Source: Camelus dromedarius (taxonomy: Eukaryota). Taken from it: 64,000 bases of DNA. Position numbers and translations under genes: made by a program. Each line of letters opens with the position of its first letter. Positions within the stretch are counted from its first letter, which is position 1. Shown piece after piece: positions 26,231-40,600 of the stretch. Under the pieces are notes generated by a model. That model was not told the origin of the DNA. It saw only the letters and a list, made by a program, of their open reading frames with translations, and did not search any database. The DNA lies in NCBI RefSeq assembly GCF_036321535.1, contig NC_087436.1, positions 29,080,001 to 29,144,000 on the forward strand, written 5' to 3'.

Positions 26231-26749
26231 TTTCTTCTATAAATTAGGTTTGCTTAAGAGAAATGCTTATTTTCTAGTAGCAAGTTTAGATCACAACATA
26301 CCTGAATAAGTTGTGTTTTTCCTTGTAGTGTTCTATGTTAAAATTCAAGCAGTTTTTCATAGGATTTATGATCCAAAGATGGTTGAAGGGGTGCCTCCTT
26401 TAGTTGGAGAAGAGTCTAAAAGATCTGAACCCAAGCTGAGTCATTGATTGCACATGTATACTAATATTTCATACAGAATAACATAAACTTTGGGAATATA
26501 TAGGTGATGAGTTGCTGTGTTCTGATGGGCTATCTTTTTGGAGAACCTACGACAAGAACATACTCTTGTGGGTTGGAGGGTTGTTTCTCTTAAGGGGAAA
26601 GAGTATGTGCACAAGCAGTAATTAAAAAAAAAAAAAAAAAACCAATCTTGAGACCAAAAAGAAAAATGAGGACAGTAAGTCTTAGGTGAAGTGCTCTGGC
26701 CCCTTAAGGATGTGAGCTTGGGTACGAAGCTGGTTTGCATTCATAGAAC

Positions 26750-27365
26750 AAGTTGTTATTTTTTTGTCTTCTTCAGTGTGCTTTCTCCATTGCCCTGTGC
26801 AGTAAAGGATTGACTTGCCTAGAGAGAGGTCTGGTTGTTGCTTTCTGCTCTTGAGAGGTGACCCTAAGCCCTTGGGATGCCTGCTCGATAAGAATATCTG
26901 CTCACCTTGGGGCCAAGCCAGGTTTGCTAGCACTTGATGTATATTAAGTTGGAGCCCTAGACCACATAGTATTAGTATGACCTCTGGAGGGGCGGGAGGC
27001 TGTGACCTACCCTGGGAGCTGTCAGCCGTGTCTACGTAGTTTAATCCCCAATACAAATTCAGGACCTCAAGGATGAGGTGAGTGTCCCTGTTTGGCAGTA
27101 CTCCATGGGCATTAGACACTGTTGTGAAAAAAAAAAAAAAAAAGGTACAGTATGAATGACTTCTCTGCGCAAGGACAGCTGAAGCGTGTGCTTAGTGACT
27201 CCTGGACCCTGTTCATATCCATATGTACTCTTCTGCTGTAATAAACGGTGAGTATAATGCTTTTTATGAGTTCTGTGAGTCCTTTTAGTAAATTATTGAA
27301 CCTAATTTATGCTCCCATAAAGCTGGTGTCAGAAGTGACAGTGATCTTGAGGACTGAACTTTGCG
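26750..27365 (+). mobile_element. MER21-like LTR
   Basis: GTGAGTGTCCCTGTTTGGCAGTACTCCATG...GCTGTAATAAACGGTGAGTATAATGCTTTTTATGAGTTCTGTGAGTCCTTTTAGTAAATTATTGAACCT...GCTGGTGTCAGAAGTGA is the MER21 3' signature. The 5' boundary is uncertain. Confidence 0.75.
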
Positions 27366-29699
27366 TGGTCGTTCTCAAATATCTTCAAACCCTGTGTCAT
27401 TCTAAAAGTTTTATGCATACCTGTCCTTCAGAACTGTTTGTTACCAATCTTCAGACCTTTCCTTTCCAGTTGTCTGGACAGCAGCCAGCCTCAGCTCTTG
27501 CCCATGGGTATATATGTGAAAAAGCAAAACAAAACAAAAAAACCTGTGAGCTTGTTGTAAACATGTACAATACTATTTCCTTTTTAGTATGTCCCCTCGA
27601 TGCCCACTTTTTTTCATATCTATACATACAGGATACTCCCATAAAAACTGTAGCGATAAAGTGACCTGACGGCTTCAGTCACTATTTGCAGGATAACCTC
27701 ACTCTTTGACACTGTCCTTTTCACGTGAAGTGGAAACAGACTACTATACTCCAGACCATGAGATGTCTCATTTAATAAGCTGGAGATTGTGGCCCCAAAA
27801 GCCTGTTCCTTTGTGCGTGTACTGCCGTTTAATCACAGAAGGCTGGAGAGCAGGAGGGCAAGGTCGCTCTGGCTAAACTATGTCCTGTGGACTGACTCCT
27901 TCACCTGCCATTTGCAAATAAGATCCTCTGGTGCCAACATTAACCATTCCTTATCAACTAGGATCAATTTTGAAAACTGTGATACCATGAAGCTTTGTTT
28001 TCTTTTAAGTGGTAGTAAAAAAAACTACGATTTTTAAAATGCCTTTTAATTTACCGATATCCGTGAACTTTAAAAAACAATCTAGACTTCTTTTCAAAAG
28101 TTGTTTTCTTCTGCAAAGAATGGACAGCCAGATACACTGAAGTTCTGTCTTTTGGGGGAGTTCCCTTCCTCCCGTCCTCAGTGATGCAATAATCCTGTGG
28201 TCATCACCTTCCCACAAGTCAGGTCTGCATTTCTTCTCTTACCAACTAGTCATTGGGAATTTCCCCCTGAGACCATAGCTGTAGATTTAGGAAGAGCTGA
28301 TGAGCATCGTGAATAGCCACCAAGGCATTCTGAGCCACTGGCTCACGCAACTTAATTGCCTGTTCTTGACAAACTTGGGCTCAGTCCCATACTTACCATT
28401 TCCATTTAATGGTGGAGTGGATATACCCCTGTTCATGATGAGCAATTCATGCTGCATACTTACTTGGTGTTCTTTAATTAGACTTTCAGCCTTTACCAGA
28501 GCCCGGTAAACTGCCAGGAGTTACTTCTCAAATGTAAAATAGGTTTTTTGGCAGAAGTGGACATAGTTTTGCTTTAAAACTAATGTGTCTTCAATGTGAT
28601 TCTCCTACTGAGACTTGCAGATACTCTCTCCTTTGCCAGGTATGCTTCCAGCATTATTGGATCTGTGCAACCTGATCACTTTTATATAATAATCTCTAGT
28701 TATTTTCTAAGATCTATCAGGCTTTTCACTGTCAAGCAGATAATGTAAAAGTGAATAGGATGGGAATCACCAGCCCTGCAATTTTCAAATCTTTAATAGG
28801 AGTAAAAATCTTCACAGTTCCCTTACAGGTGTGGTGCTGTTTTTTAAAATTACTTATTTGTATGTAAGGGTGACTTATAAGAACATCCTCTTGGCTTTCA
28901 CTACCCTAATTGTGGGGACCGTTATGAGGATTATAACTTTGTATCCAGGAACTGAAAATGTAACTGTGGGATGGGTTGTGGGCTCACAGGATCCTCTGAG
29001 AGACATAGACTCAGATTCTGTCGTCTGACCTCCCACTTTGACAGTTGGGTACCAGGTATATTTCTGTGTTCTAGACTTCAGTGTTAGTTCAGAGCCTATA
29101 CTGAACAAACCTTTGGAAATCTGGCTATTCCTCTTTCTCCTATTATAAGGCACAGAGATAAATGGCTGCACGTCCCTCTGGGGAGAGCTTGGACACATAC
29201 TCGTTCAGCACAGCTATGATTGCAGGGATCTGTCCTCGAAGCCTCCCTGTTCATCAGTCAGAGTACTCTCGATCTGTGAACTGACTTACAGCCAGGAACT
29301 TGCTAATCAGCTGTGTTAATTTTGTACCCACTAGACTGAAATATTTTGTCTCCTTATTAATGTCAAGGACACATAAGTTGCCTATTTATTGCATTTCTAG
29401 GGTAATAAAATAACCACTGCCTCAAATCCTTGCAAGTCAGTGTACTTCAAATACCACTCTTTGTAGATTTTGTGTTAATTCCATGTGCATTTTTCACCTG
29501 GCCTGTAGTGTACTGGGATTCCATTTTTTTCCACCACAAACAGTGAACCCAATTTCTTTACACTATTCCTCACAGGACAGCTGTCATAAAACTCACCATG
29601 ATTATGTTTCCTTGCTCAGCAATGTATTTATTAATGCCTCAGGAAAGGAAAACTCTTAATTATTACTTCTTTTATTTCTTTCATGACTCTTGTAAGTGT

Positions 29700-29872
29700 T
29701 ACGCTCTTTATTGATTTGTTTGTTCTTACTCTATCCATCTGGTATGTAAGATTTCTAGCATGTTAGGATAAGTCCTATCTGTCTGATTCTCTGATAATTC
29801 TGCAGTGTCTAGAATATATCCTAGTATATGGAGACAGTCAGTTATGAATGAATGAGTGAATGAATGAATAAA
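29700..29872 (+). mobile_element. LINE-2 3' end
   Basis: TGTAAGATTTCTAG...AGG...TGTCTGATTC...CAGTGTCTAGAA...ending in a (TGAA)n tail. Confidence 0.7.
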
Positions 29873-29879
29873 CTAAGAC

Positions 29880-30900
29880 GCCTGTGTGATCTTGTGTGAA
29901 TGTTAGTTAATGTGGTATAGATTTCCAGAAATTTGAATTGCTTTGTCTAAAATTATCGACATTTTGTTTTTATGAGGTACCACCTAATTGTCCTTCCAAT
30001 GGATTTTACTAATGGGCATTCTCATCAAATATATATGAGAGCACCCATTTCCATAAATTCTTCCCAATACATGGCCTCAGTTGTATTATTAGTCCATATG
30101 AGAAAAAAATCCATATTGATTTAATTTGCATTTCCTTGATGATTGGTAAATTTGAGGATTATAAAAAATATATATATGTATGTTATGTTATTTATCCTTT
30201 ATGTTACTTTATCCATGAAGAACCAGTGCATACATTTTGCTCATTTCCCCATGGAATTAAAAAACAAAAAAACTTTATTTGTAAGAGGTCATTTTGTTCT
30301 ATATGCTATTGATTATATGTTGATTTGTGCCCAGCAGCCTTTATGTAATCCTATGTTAATTATAGTATTTTTTCTGTAGTTTTACTAGTTTTAGTTATAT
30401 TTCAGATATAGCCTATCTTGTCATCTATGAATGAGTTGTTTCCCCCCTCACAGTTCTTAAGCATTTTGTTTATTGTTCTTGTCTACTGCCGTAGCTTGAA
30501 CTCGTACATGCTGCTGAACAGAAATGTCAATCATAAGCTCCTTTATCTTGTCCTTGATCTTAAAGAGAATATCTTAATTGTGGTTTTAAGTTTTTTGTTT
30601 GTTCTGCATGCTTTAATCAAGTTTAGAGGACTAATTTATTTTTCTAATTTTCTAAGAGTCTTCTTGAAAAGTTATGGATGGATATTTCATTGTAATACCA
30701 ATTTTATTGACAGCACAATGTGATTTTTCTTTATTAATTTACTGATATTGTATATGATATTAAGTGGCTTCTTAAAATATAAAACCACACTTCCATTCCT
30801 GTTTGGCATGGCTTATTTATTTATTTATTTAATCATGATTGAATCAGTTTGCCTATACTTTGTTTACAATTTTTGCATCTAAATTTAACTGCTATTTTTA
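29880..30900 (-). mobile_element. Old L1 (L1ME-like) fragments
   Basis: TTTAATTTGCATTTCCTTGATGATTGGTAA; TATCTTGTCATCTATGAA; TTATCTTGTCCTTGATCTTAAAGAGAAT. Confidence 0.6.
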
Positions 30901-30944
30901 ATTTAATCTTCCTTTCTCGTAGTTTTTATTAGCTTTTAAAAAAA

Positions 30945-32380
30945 TTTTTACTTTGTAGTGGTATTTCTCCTCTATTACTAGTTTACTGAGGGTTTTGATC
31001 ACAGATGGTTGTTGGATTTTGTGAAATGCTTTTTCTATATTGATATGATCATGTGATCATCTCTTTTAGCTTCTTGAAGTGATGAATTACATTAGTTGAT
31101 TTTTGAATGTTGCACACCTGAGATAAATACCATTTGTTCACATGTATAACTCCTTTTATACTTTGTTGGGTTCTGTTAGCTTATATTTTGTTGAAGATTT
31201 TTGCATCTATGTTCATGAGAGATACTGATCTGTAGTTTTCTTCTAATATCTTTGAAGATATTAGATTGGTTTTGGTTTAGGGTAATGCTGGCCTCGTGGA
31301 ATGATTTAAGAAGTACCCCTATGCTTATAGCCTCCAAAAGAGATTGTAGGGAATTGGTACAATTTCTTCCCTTAAATATTTGGTAGAATTCACCATTGAA
31401 CGCTTTTGGATCTGTTACTTTCTGTTTTGGAAGGCTCTTTGATTATTGATTCAATTTATTTAATAGTTATAGGCCTATTCGGATAGTCTGTTTCTTCTTG
31501 TGTGAGTTTTGGCAGATTGTGTCTTTTAAGGAACTTATCCATTTCATCTAGGTTACCAAACTGGTGGGCATAACATTGATTATAGTATTCCTTTATTATC
31601 CTTTTAATTTCCATGGCATCTGGAGTGATCTTTCTCCCTTAATTTCTGATACTAGTAATTTGTGTCCTTTCTCTGTTTTTCTTGGTTAGCCTGGCTTGAG
31701 TCTTACTGATTTTATTGATCTTTTCAAAGAACCAACATGCAGTTTTATTGATTTTTCTCTACTAACATCCTATTTTCAATCATTGATTTCTGCTCTAATT
31801 CTTACTTCTTTCCTTCTCACTTTTGGTTCATTTGCTCTTCTTTTTCTACTTTTCTAAAGTAGAAACTTAGATTATTGATTTCAGATCTTGCTTCTTTTGT
31901 AATATATGCATTCAGTGCTATACATTTCCCTCTAAACACAGCTTTTACTGCACCCCACAATTTACTGCAAGTTATGTCTTCATTTTATTTACTTTAACAT
32001 AATTTTAAATTTCTGTTTAGATTTTTTTCTCTGACTTCTGTGTTATTTAGAAGCATGTTGTTTAATTTCTACATAGATTGGGGATTTCTAGTTATCTTTC
32101 TGTTATTGACTTCTAGTTTAATTTCATTGTAGTCTGAGAGCACATATTTTATGATTTATATCCTTTTCAATTTGTTAAGATGTGTCCCAGAATATGGTCT
32201 ATCTTGATAAATGTTCCATGTTAGCTTGAGAAAACGTGTATTCTGCTGTTACTGATGAAGTAATCTATAGATGTTAATTCTCTCTCTGTTGTTGAGTTCA
32301 GCTATGTTCTTACTGATTTTCTATCTGCTGGATCAGTCCATTTCTGATAGAGGGGTGTAGACATCTCCAACTACGACAGT
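30945..32380 (-). mobile_element. L1 (L1M-type) ORF2 remnant
   Basis: Well-preserved antisense ORF2 sequence: TTTTGCATCTATGTTCATGAGAGATA...GGTAATGCTGGCCTC...TGGTAGAATTCACC...TTGATCTTTTCAAAGAACCA...CTTGAGAAAACGTGTATTCTGCTGTT. Confidence 0.9.
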
Positions 32381-35300
32381 TGGAGGATTGTTTTTGGTAT
32401 GTGTTAGGTTTTCTCACTGGTATTTCCCAAGAGCACAGACTGACTTAGGTTTAGATTTGTGACATGGGTTCGGTCACCGGAGTGGCCTCCATTTTGTGGA
32501 TCCTGATATATGAATCAATGTTATCAAAAGCATATATTTTATCATAAATTTGACAAACTAATTTGTGTCACTATGTAATCAGAGTTAGGCTTCTTTTGAT
32601 TTAGGTTCTTTTTTCTTTTTCTTTTTTTTTTTTTTTGATTTAGATTCTGAATGAGATAGAATTAGTACATAAATCTGACCTAAGAGTGTTTGCATGTTGC
32701 ATTATCTCTTTTGAGATATGAAGACATTATTACATATTTATGTGTCAAACAGTTTAAAATAATTCTGACACCTTTATGTCTCTCTACCTGGAAAAACCTA
32801 GAGCCATTCCTTCTGAAAATACTTGATTATTCTGTCTCTGTCTCACTCTCATTTATTAAGTGCCTTATGAACAACTTGGGCATGATCCATCACCTTTACA
32901 TATTTTTGTGGAGGACATCCATCAGTTACATTATTTCAATTAAATTATGTGTCTGGAGATTGGAAAAGAAGGATGTTCTTTATTATTTCTATTGCTTCTC
33001 TTCCTCATGTTTAAGTACAGAGTGAGTTTCAGACCCTGGCTCTAGATCATTTTTATTTTCTCTTTAAAAAAGGTAGAAAGACAGACATGTTTTGGTAATA
33101 TAAATGCTATATCTCTTTATACATGAAATATGGTCTTTTAAATAGACTGTGTCCAAATGAATTTAAATGTTGGAATATTCTAGTTTGTATTATTAATTGA
33201 TTAGTAACCCATTCAACTGTTACTTCGATTATACTCATGACTCATAAGCTTTGCCCTTTCTGCATTCACTGGCTGCATAGCTGGTTTTTAAAGGACTATT
33301 TGTAGTCACCACAATTCCTTTCAGTCGCTTGCTCCCTTTGATGATACTTCTTTATTTGCTCAATGAGGAACAATATTTTTAGTATTCATATTTGAATATT
33401 CTGAGCACAGATGTTGGAGCCATGACCCACTTCACATGCTTATAATAATTTATACAGTTAGTGATGACATAAAGTTTTAAGTTAAATTTTTGTTTATGAG
33501 TTCAACAGGATCTTCCAAATTAAGGGCAAAGTAGAAATCTTGTCCCTTGCAAATATTTCTTAAAGAAATAAAAGATCAAAAGAAGAAAACAGCAGCTTTT
33601 ACTTGGTCTTAAGTTGATTTATGTTTTGAGCCAGACTTGAATAAAAATAAGCAGTAATTATAGTTCATAGATTATTCAAAACAAAGTAAACATTATTTAT
33701 TCTTGCTTTCCAATTATGCATTTTAAAATTTATTTTTACCTGCTGACTGTTTCATAGTCCTGCCACATTAGTATACTTAGGTTAGTTCTCATACTAAAAC
33801 CAGTTAAAATGTATGAATTAATTTTAATTTCTATTCTATTTCAACTGAAATAAGGTTCTAAAAATATTCATATTTCTTTTAAAAATAGAACATTAATCTC
33901 AGCTAGCAAATATTTGCTATAATGCTTTCAGCACTTTAGAAATTTTATAATCTTAAATCAATTTTTTTCCGTATTATATTATTAGGAAAATTATTCAAAT
34001 AATTTTTTAGTGCATTGCAGTTTAGAAGATTAGTTGTTAACTATGGCTATCATATCTATAAAACATAATCCCAGAATGTCAGTCTAGCTCTGAAATACAG
34101 ATCTCTATAGATATACGTTCCCATATATAGGAAGTGAAGGTATTTTTCTTTTTCAGGTAGACCTAGCATTAAACTCACAGGACACATTTCTTGGTGAATA
34201 AAAATTTTTGAATTATCTTTATTTGCAGAAGCATATGACATTGTATTTGTCAGGTTTCTTGATTTCGAAAAGAGCATAACTCTAGTTACCTTGAATAAAA
34301 TAGTAATTTGTAGAAAAGTGTCTCCTAGATCATAAAATTTCAAGGAGTGCTGTGGCACTAGGTTTGGACAAGGATTAATGTCAACATGACAACCCAGAGA
34401 AACTGCCTGGTTAGAACATCACCACTGATTCGGTTCTTAATTGACTCTTACTGTTGCTGCTGCTGCCCCTGGACACTTGACTCTGCCAGTTGACAAAATC
34501 TCTTATTTGACTCTGTATCTCTGTATAAATTCCTCAGACTTCAAATTTCAGAACTTTTGTGAGGAGAATCTGAGCAATCAGTCATGAGCAACACCTCATT
34601 CTCTACCCACTGAGGACGGGGAAGAGGAGTATCTGCCCTCCTTGGATCTCTATCTCTGGCCATCTCTCCTTTAGGTGAAATGACCAGCCAAATGTATTGC
34701 TTGGAATTCTGCCCACAGAGAGGATTTTCCTTCTCTGTTGTCTTTTAGAACCACCCGAATGTGATAGAACTGCTATGGCAGTTTACTTCTGGATTATACC
34801 AATATGTGATGCCATCTATATGCTGGGTTTGAATTTAGGGATTCATGGGACCATAGTTGTGATTTGAGGGAGAGAAGGCAATGCACTAAGAATAGATGGA
34901 AGTGAGAGTCTGAGCCAGCTCCACATGCAACTTAGCTGTGCCTGCAGAACCAGCTTGGGTCCTGTTCTCTATACGCTGCTTCACTTGGTGTCAAGTATTG
35001 CTGGACACACTTATCAGTATGGTAGGTGAATCAAATGACTCTGAATTGATGATGGATGGCTTTGCTCATGTAGTCCTTGGTTGCGTCTCTATGGAGCATG
35101 TAACTCAGGAACTGATCATTAAATCAAATTATTTATTTGTTGTAGGGATGTGGCTTTGCTCTGACAACTAAGTTGCATTTATCATGATTCTTTCTTGCAT
35201 GTATAGTTTTCTATTTTGGTACAGATACCACTGTGAAATTACCAATAGGTGACAAGGACTAAGCGTGAGTTCCACTTCCATCTCAGCCTGGACAACTGAA

Positions 35301-36969
35301 GAGGCTGCCCTTGCTTTAGGATTAGGATCCCCCTAATACTTCCTCAATTGTGTAACCCATATTATGTCAATTAAGATTTTTTAAAGTAATACCATTAAAA
35401 GGCTTAAACACAAGTGTAGTCAAAAAATTTAAAGCCTGATTTTTTTTAGTCAGTAGTTATTAATTTGCTAATTGACATCGGCCAATTAACTTGTCCTTAT
35501 ATCATTATCATTAAAGTAAATTTTCTCATCATATTTCTGGCTCTGTTGGGATTTTCTCTTTAATCACTGAAAAATACTGTGCAAGTTCTGTGATTTTTTT
35601 ACTGTCTTTTTTCCTGTTGATTGAGGTAATTAGAGAAAATAGCAATTTTATTGCAGATTTCATATTGATCAAGACATTTGTGAGAAAGACAACTCTGAGT
35701 AAGAGAATAAATTGAACAAACTGGGCTGACTTAGCTTGAGTAGGTTCCTTAAATCTACACTAAATAAAATGGAGGGTTTAGGAGCTGCTGGATAATTTTT
35801 AAATATGTATTTCTCTTTAGTCAATTCTGTAAATGAAATTTTATTATCTTCAAAAATATGATTTTCCCATAATTTATTTCTCTTCTGCATTTCTCCTATG
35901 ATTTGTTGGAAGCAGTCTAGATTTATGTTAATATGTTGAACAGACAGAAATTATTTAAGCATTAGAGTCCTTTGATCTAAAGGGGTAAGTTTAAGGGAGA
36001 TGTCCATGGGATTTGGTAGACAGATCAGTAGGAAGCAGTAGCAGCTTTTCATAACTACGTTATCAGAATGACTGCCTTTCTCTATTGGATAAGTCAGGTC
36101 TATACTGGAGGCGTAAGGGAAGAGACACATCCTACTGAGCTGGAAAGAGTAAATGCAGAGGAAATTAAAAGAGTTTTACTCCTTGCAAGTGAAATTAGTG
36201 GTTTACAATGTGCAGTTGGTCAAACATAAAGATAAAAATACTTGTTTGGATAACACAAATAGATACTAGTTATTAGTTTCAATCCCATGTTAATTTTCTC
36301 CTAAGGACAAAGAAAAGCCATTTGAAATGCAAAGTCAAAACTTAGAGCTAATTAGGGAATACTACTGGGAAATTTTAAAATATAAATAAAAGGGGAAAGG
36401 ATTTCCTGAATGCCCAGCATAAATGAGAGTTCTTGTCAGAAATAAAATTTAATCAGATAAATAAAGGACAAAATGGAGCATGTAATGAAATAATATTGAG
36501 ACATATATATGGCATATTTCTAGGATGAGATAACTTCAGTTTTATGTTAAACAGCTGAATCAATTATTTTATTAGATAAACAATGACATCAATTCCATCA
36601 TCATGCTAAACTATAGTCAACTAAGTTTAGGTATTTAAGCTTCATAATTACACATAATAAATGTATCAATTCGAATATATCTGAAAAAAATGGCAAAGGG
36701 TAATTAATGCACTTTGTCTAAAACAGTTTAGGAAGAATAAATCATAGCTTTATTTACTCAGTGTGGAAATTACCCTGCTGTACATCAATGCTGTTATTTA
36801 AAATAACAGCTTATTAAAATACGTAGCCTTTGAAATATGTATATTGGATGTACGCTCTCTCTGATTTTATGCTTTCTTAGTTTCTCCATTCCGTCCTTAA
36901 CATAAGACCTCAACAGAGTGGAACCTCATATAATATTTCTTACAGACCAGATTAACATCAATGTCAATA

Positions 36970-37150
36970 ACAATAACACAGCAACATGTGTTGAACTTTT
37001 TACTAAGCTCTCGTCTCTGTGTAAGTGCTTTACAGGAATGCTTCTCTTCACTTCTCACAACAGTCCCACGAAGTGAGACTCAGAAATGAAGTAAATTGTG
37101 AATTGACCAAGGTCATACTACTGTCAGTCCAAGGAGTAAAAGCAGGAAGT
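36970..37150 (-). mobile_element. MIR SINE
   Basis: GTGTAAGTGCTTTACA...CTCACAACAGTCC...GACCAAGGTCATAC...GTCTGACTCCAGAG. Confidence 0.65.
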
Positions 37151-37194
37151 CTGACTCCAGAGTCATTTTAAATCAGATTTGAACTTTTACAAAC

Positions 37195-38085
37195 ATCTCT
37201 TTCAGTTTCTACTTTTGCATAGGAAACCATCCCTAAACGTAGTGGTTCTAAGAACAGTACGATTTATTATTTTTCTTAATTTTGTGGATTGACTGGTGCC
37301 ATAGACTGAATGTTCATGTTTCTCCCAAATTTATATTTTGAAACGTAATCCCAATGTGATGGTATTAGAGAGTGGGGCTTCTGGGAGGTGTTGGGTTGGA
37401 GCCCTCATGACTGGAATTAGTGCCCCTGTAAAAGAGACCCCTAGAGAGTTCCCTTTCTCCTTTCACCAGTTACGGACACAAGGAGAAGATGGCCTTCTAT
37501 GAGCCGGGAAGTATGCCTTCACCAGACCATGAATTTGCCAGTGACTGGATCTCAGACTTCCTGGCCTCCATAACTGTGAGAAAGAAATTCTGTCGTTTTT
37601 AAGCCACCTGTGTATAGTATTCGGCTATAGCAGCCTGAACACACTAAGAGAGTGGGCTCAGTGGGGCAGATCTTCTGCTTCACATGGTGCCCGCTGGGAC
37701 TACTGTCACCTGGAGGAGAACATCTAAGAAGGCTTCCTCAATAGGGCTGGTAGTGGGTGCTGGCTGTTGGCTGGACACTTAGCTGAGATTGTCAGTGGTA
37801 ACGCCTTGACGGTCCTTCCCATGGCCTCCCTCCTTGTCTTGAAACTCTCTGTATGGTGGGTGAGTTCCAAGGGGAAACTTTCTAAACTTATCAAAGCAAG
37901 AACTGCAGATCTCTTAAGGCACAGATCTCTTTAAGGCCCAACCTTATAAGTTATATGGTTACTTCTGTTGTGTTGGTGGTCAAGGAAAGTTTGGGTCCAG
38001 CTCAGAATCAAGGGGAAGAGGAATAGACTCCATCTCTTTTTGGGAGATGTGGCCAAAAATGTGTGGCCATTTTACTCTACCATGT
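37195..38085 (-). mobile_element. Older MLT1 (F/G/H-like) LTR interrupted by MLT1A
   Basis: CAGTTTCTACTTTTGCATAGGAAACCATCCCTAAACGTAGTGGTT...| resumes GGGCTCAGTGGGGCAGATCTTCTGC...AATAGACTCCATCTCTT...GTGGCCATTTTACTCTACCA. Confidence 0.7.
37297..37651 (+). mobile_element. MLT1A0-like MaLR solo LTR (nested)
   Basis: TGCCATAGACTGAATGTT...CCCAAATTTATATTTTGAAAC...ACTGTGAGAAAGAAATTCTGTCGTTTTTAAGCCACC...TATAGCAGCCTGAACACACTAAGA. Confidence 0.88.
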
Positions 38086-39149
38086 TTACCAAATTGGTCA
38101 GGTTGATTTCAATAAAAATTATCTTAGTATTTATATTTTAATATAATGAAATTAAAATTCCCTTATAGGTATGTTTTAAATTGTTAATTTCTGGTTTTTC
38201 TTGTACTGTTTGAATCACAAATGCTAAAAGTATACAACATTATTATATTAACTAAGCTTTCTATAACTGTATTATGGGATGCTTTGTTAGCGTATGGAAT
38301 GAAATATTTTTGTTATTGGAAAATAGAGATATTAAAAACTATACTTTCATCATCATGTTCTTAACATTTAGTATTGTTGTTCCAATCTAATTATTATTAA
38401 TATTAAACCACTACTTTGTAGTTTTTTCCTTACTAATGATTTTTATAATACATTTTTAGAGTCTTTCGGCCGTTGAAGTTTCACACAGCTTCCACTCCAC
38501 AGCCAAAGAAATACAGTCCTGTGACTTTTCTATGAAAAAGAAAAAATTACCACATTTTGTTTCACACATTTGTCTGATTGTATCCATCAAAACACTTAAT
38601 AATGGCTGAAAATGTGCATGAATCGTTATTTAGTAATTGTGAAATTAGTGATAGGACTTTAATCCACGTATTTCTTTATGACTTTAAATGTAATTTAATT
38701 ATTACATATTATTATTTATGACTATTATTTCATGATAGTGCTCTTAAATCTTTGAACACTTTCTAATAAGATGGGGAGCTAATTAAATTATTAGCTGGTA
38801 AATAGTGTGATATAAAATTTAAATAATAGTTTTATAAAACTAACCAGTGAAAAAATCACACCCTTGATCTATTTTTGAAAACATGTTTGCAGAATGAAAA
38901 TGCTTCTAAGTAGAGCTTAAAATAATCAAATGGGTGTTAGGCAAGCATGCTGTCATAACATGGGCTGGTCATTTTCTAAACTGGGCTTATTGCATTCAAA
39001 TTCTTAAGCTAAATATTATCTTTGAAAGGCTGTCATCTTGAAACATAACCAATTTTTTGTTTATTTAATTCTTCCCAGAACTTTATACACAGGACTATTG
39101 CCTACAACTTCCCTATAAAATGTAGTACAGTACATAATAATATTTAAGT

Positions 39150-39385
39150 TGTACTGGCTGTGCAGTTTTACAGGCTCTCTTTTGGGAGTTTTGTATTGAT
39201 CATTTTATGTAATAAAGAGAAACCTCGAGGGAGAGCTATTATTAATTATACCCATTATAGAGATGAGGAAATTTAGGCCTAGAAAGTTGAATAAATTATC
39301 TAAAGTCACACCAATAAAAAATAGTGGAGGCTAAATTTGATCCTCTAATTTCTTGTCTCCAAGCCTGTACTTTCTAGACTATAAT
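39150..39385 (-). mobile_element. MIR SINE
   Basis: TACCCATTATAGAGATGAGGAAATTTAGGCCTAGAAAGTTGAATAAATTATCTAAAGTCACAC. Confidence 0.7.
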
Positions 39386-39444
39386 ACTGTGTCCTATAAA
39401 AGTTATTAAAAGTCAACTGTGATATTTCTTTCTACAGCACACAG

Positions 39445-40600
39445 AATGTTAATTTGTTTATTCACTTACCTTCTACGTGTCAGGCGCTGTTCATGGCTAT
39501 GAGGAAACAGTAAAGAGCAAAATAGATACGGTTGTGGCCTTTTGGGGTTTTCAGGTTAGTGGAGTACATCACCCCTAAGCAAATGTATCAGTTTATAATC
39601 AAAATGTGTTAAAAGTGCCAAGGGAAAAGGAAACAGGCTGGTTCCAGATCAGGTAACAGGAAATCGAAAATCTTTCCTAATGAAAATTCATTTGAGCTGA
39701 GATCTGAGGAGGACAGTTGAAAAAGATGAAAAGCAGAGAAGGCTTGGGATTGAGTGCCGACCAGTAAGAAAAGCATACAGAAGCCTTGTTTGAGAGAAAG
39801 CAGTGTTCTTGTGATTTAAACAAGGCATCAGGAATTCAAAGAATTAGGAGCAGGGTATATAAGATGGTCCACAAGTAGGTAAGGGTAATTTGATGTTTTA
39901 AATCTTGCTGAAGGTTTACATTTTAACCTGAGATCGTTGGGAAGGCTGTGATGTGTTTTCCAGAGTGAGCTGGGGAATGGGATTTTTATTTTTAAAACAC
40001 TGCCCTGGCTGCATTGTAGAAAACAAAACGGGATAGAAACATACGGTTAAAAAAGTTGAGGTATTTTTATATACCCCAAGTAGACATATGTATGTCATAG
40101 AGGGCTAGAATTCAGAGGAGGGCTCTAGGCTGTGAAATAATTTGGAGTAGAGAGATGCTGACTAAAATAAATGTGGTTGAAGATTAAGAATCGAAAAAAG
40201 CCGGAGGGGGTTATGTCTAATTCATGGGAACAGTGACGTTTAATGAACAGGTTAGGAAGACTGAGCCAATGTTAGAGAATGCGACTGGCCACAACATAGG
40301 TGAAACCCTGATGGAATTTTTGTTTAGTAACAAAACAGAGGGTTTGATGAAAAAAGGAAGGTAAAGAATGTTGAATGCTGTTGAGAAGTCCAGTGAGACA
40401 GGAAATGAAAAAGTCATTTAGAATAATAGAGAAGCCATTGGTTACTTACTGGGAAGGATTTTGACAGAAGCTTGGGGTGGAAGCCAGATGGCTTGGGTTC
40501 AGGGTTGAACACAAGGTGAGGAAAGAAATACAGGAAGAAAATACCAACTCTTCCAAGATATAAATCTTATGAAGAGGATAAGAAAGATAGCTAAAAGAAC
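39445..40600 (-). mobile_element. LINE-2 long degraded fragment
   Basis: TTTGTTTATTCAC...CTACGTGTCAGGCGCTGTT...CATTTGAGCTGAGATCTGA...GTTGAATGCTGTTGAGAAGTCCAGTGAGA...GGGGTGGAAGCCAGATGG. Confidence 0.7.

Noticed and set aside
33904..33919. 16-bp perfect palindrome TAGCAAATATTTGCTA
   Set aside because: Short and AT-rich, so it is plausible by chance in 64 kb; no supporting context.
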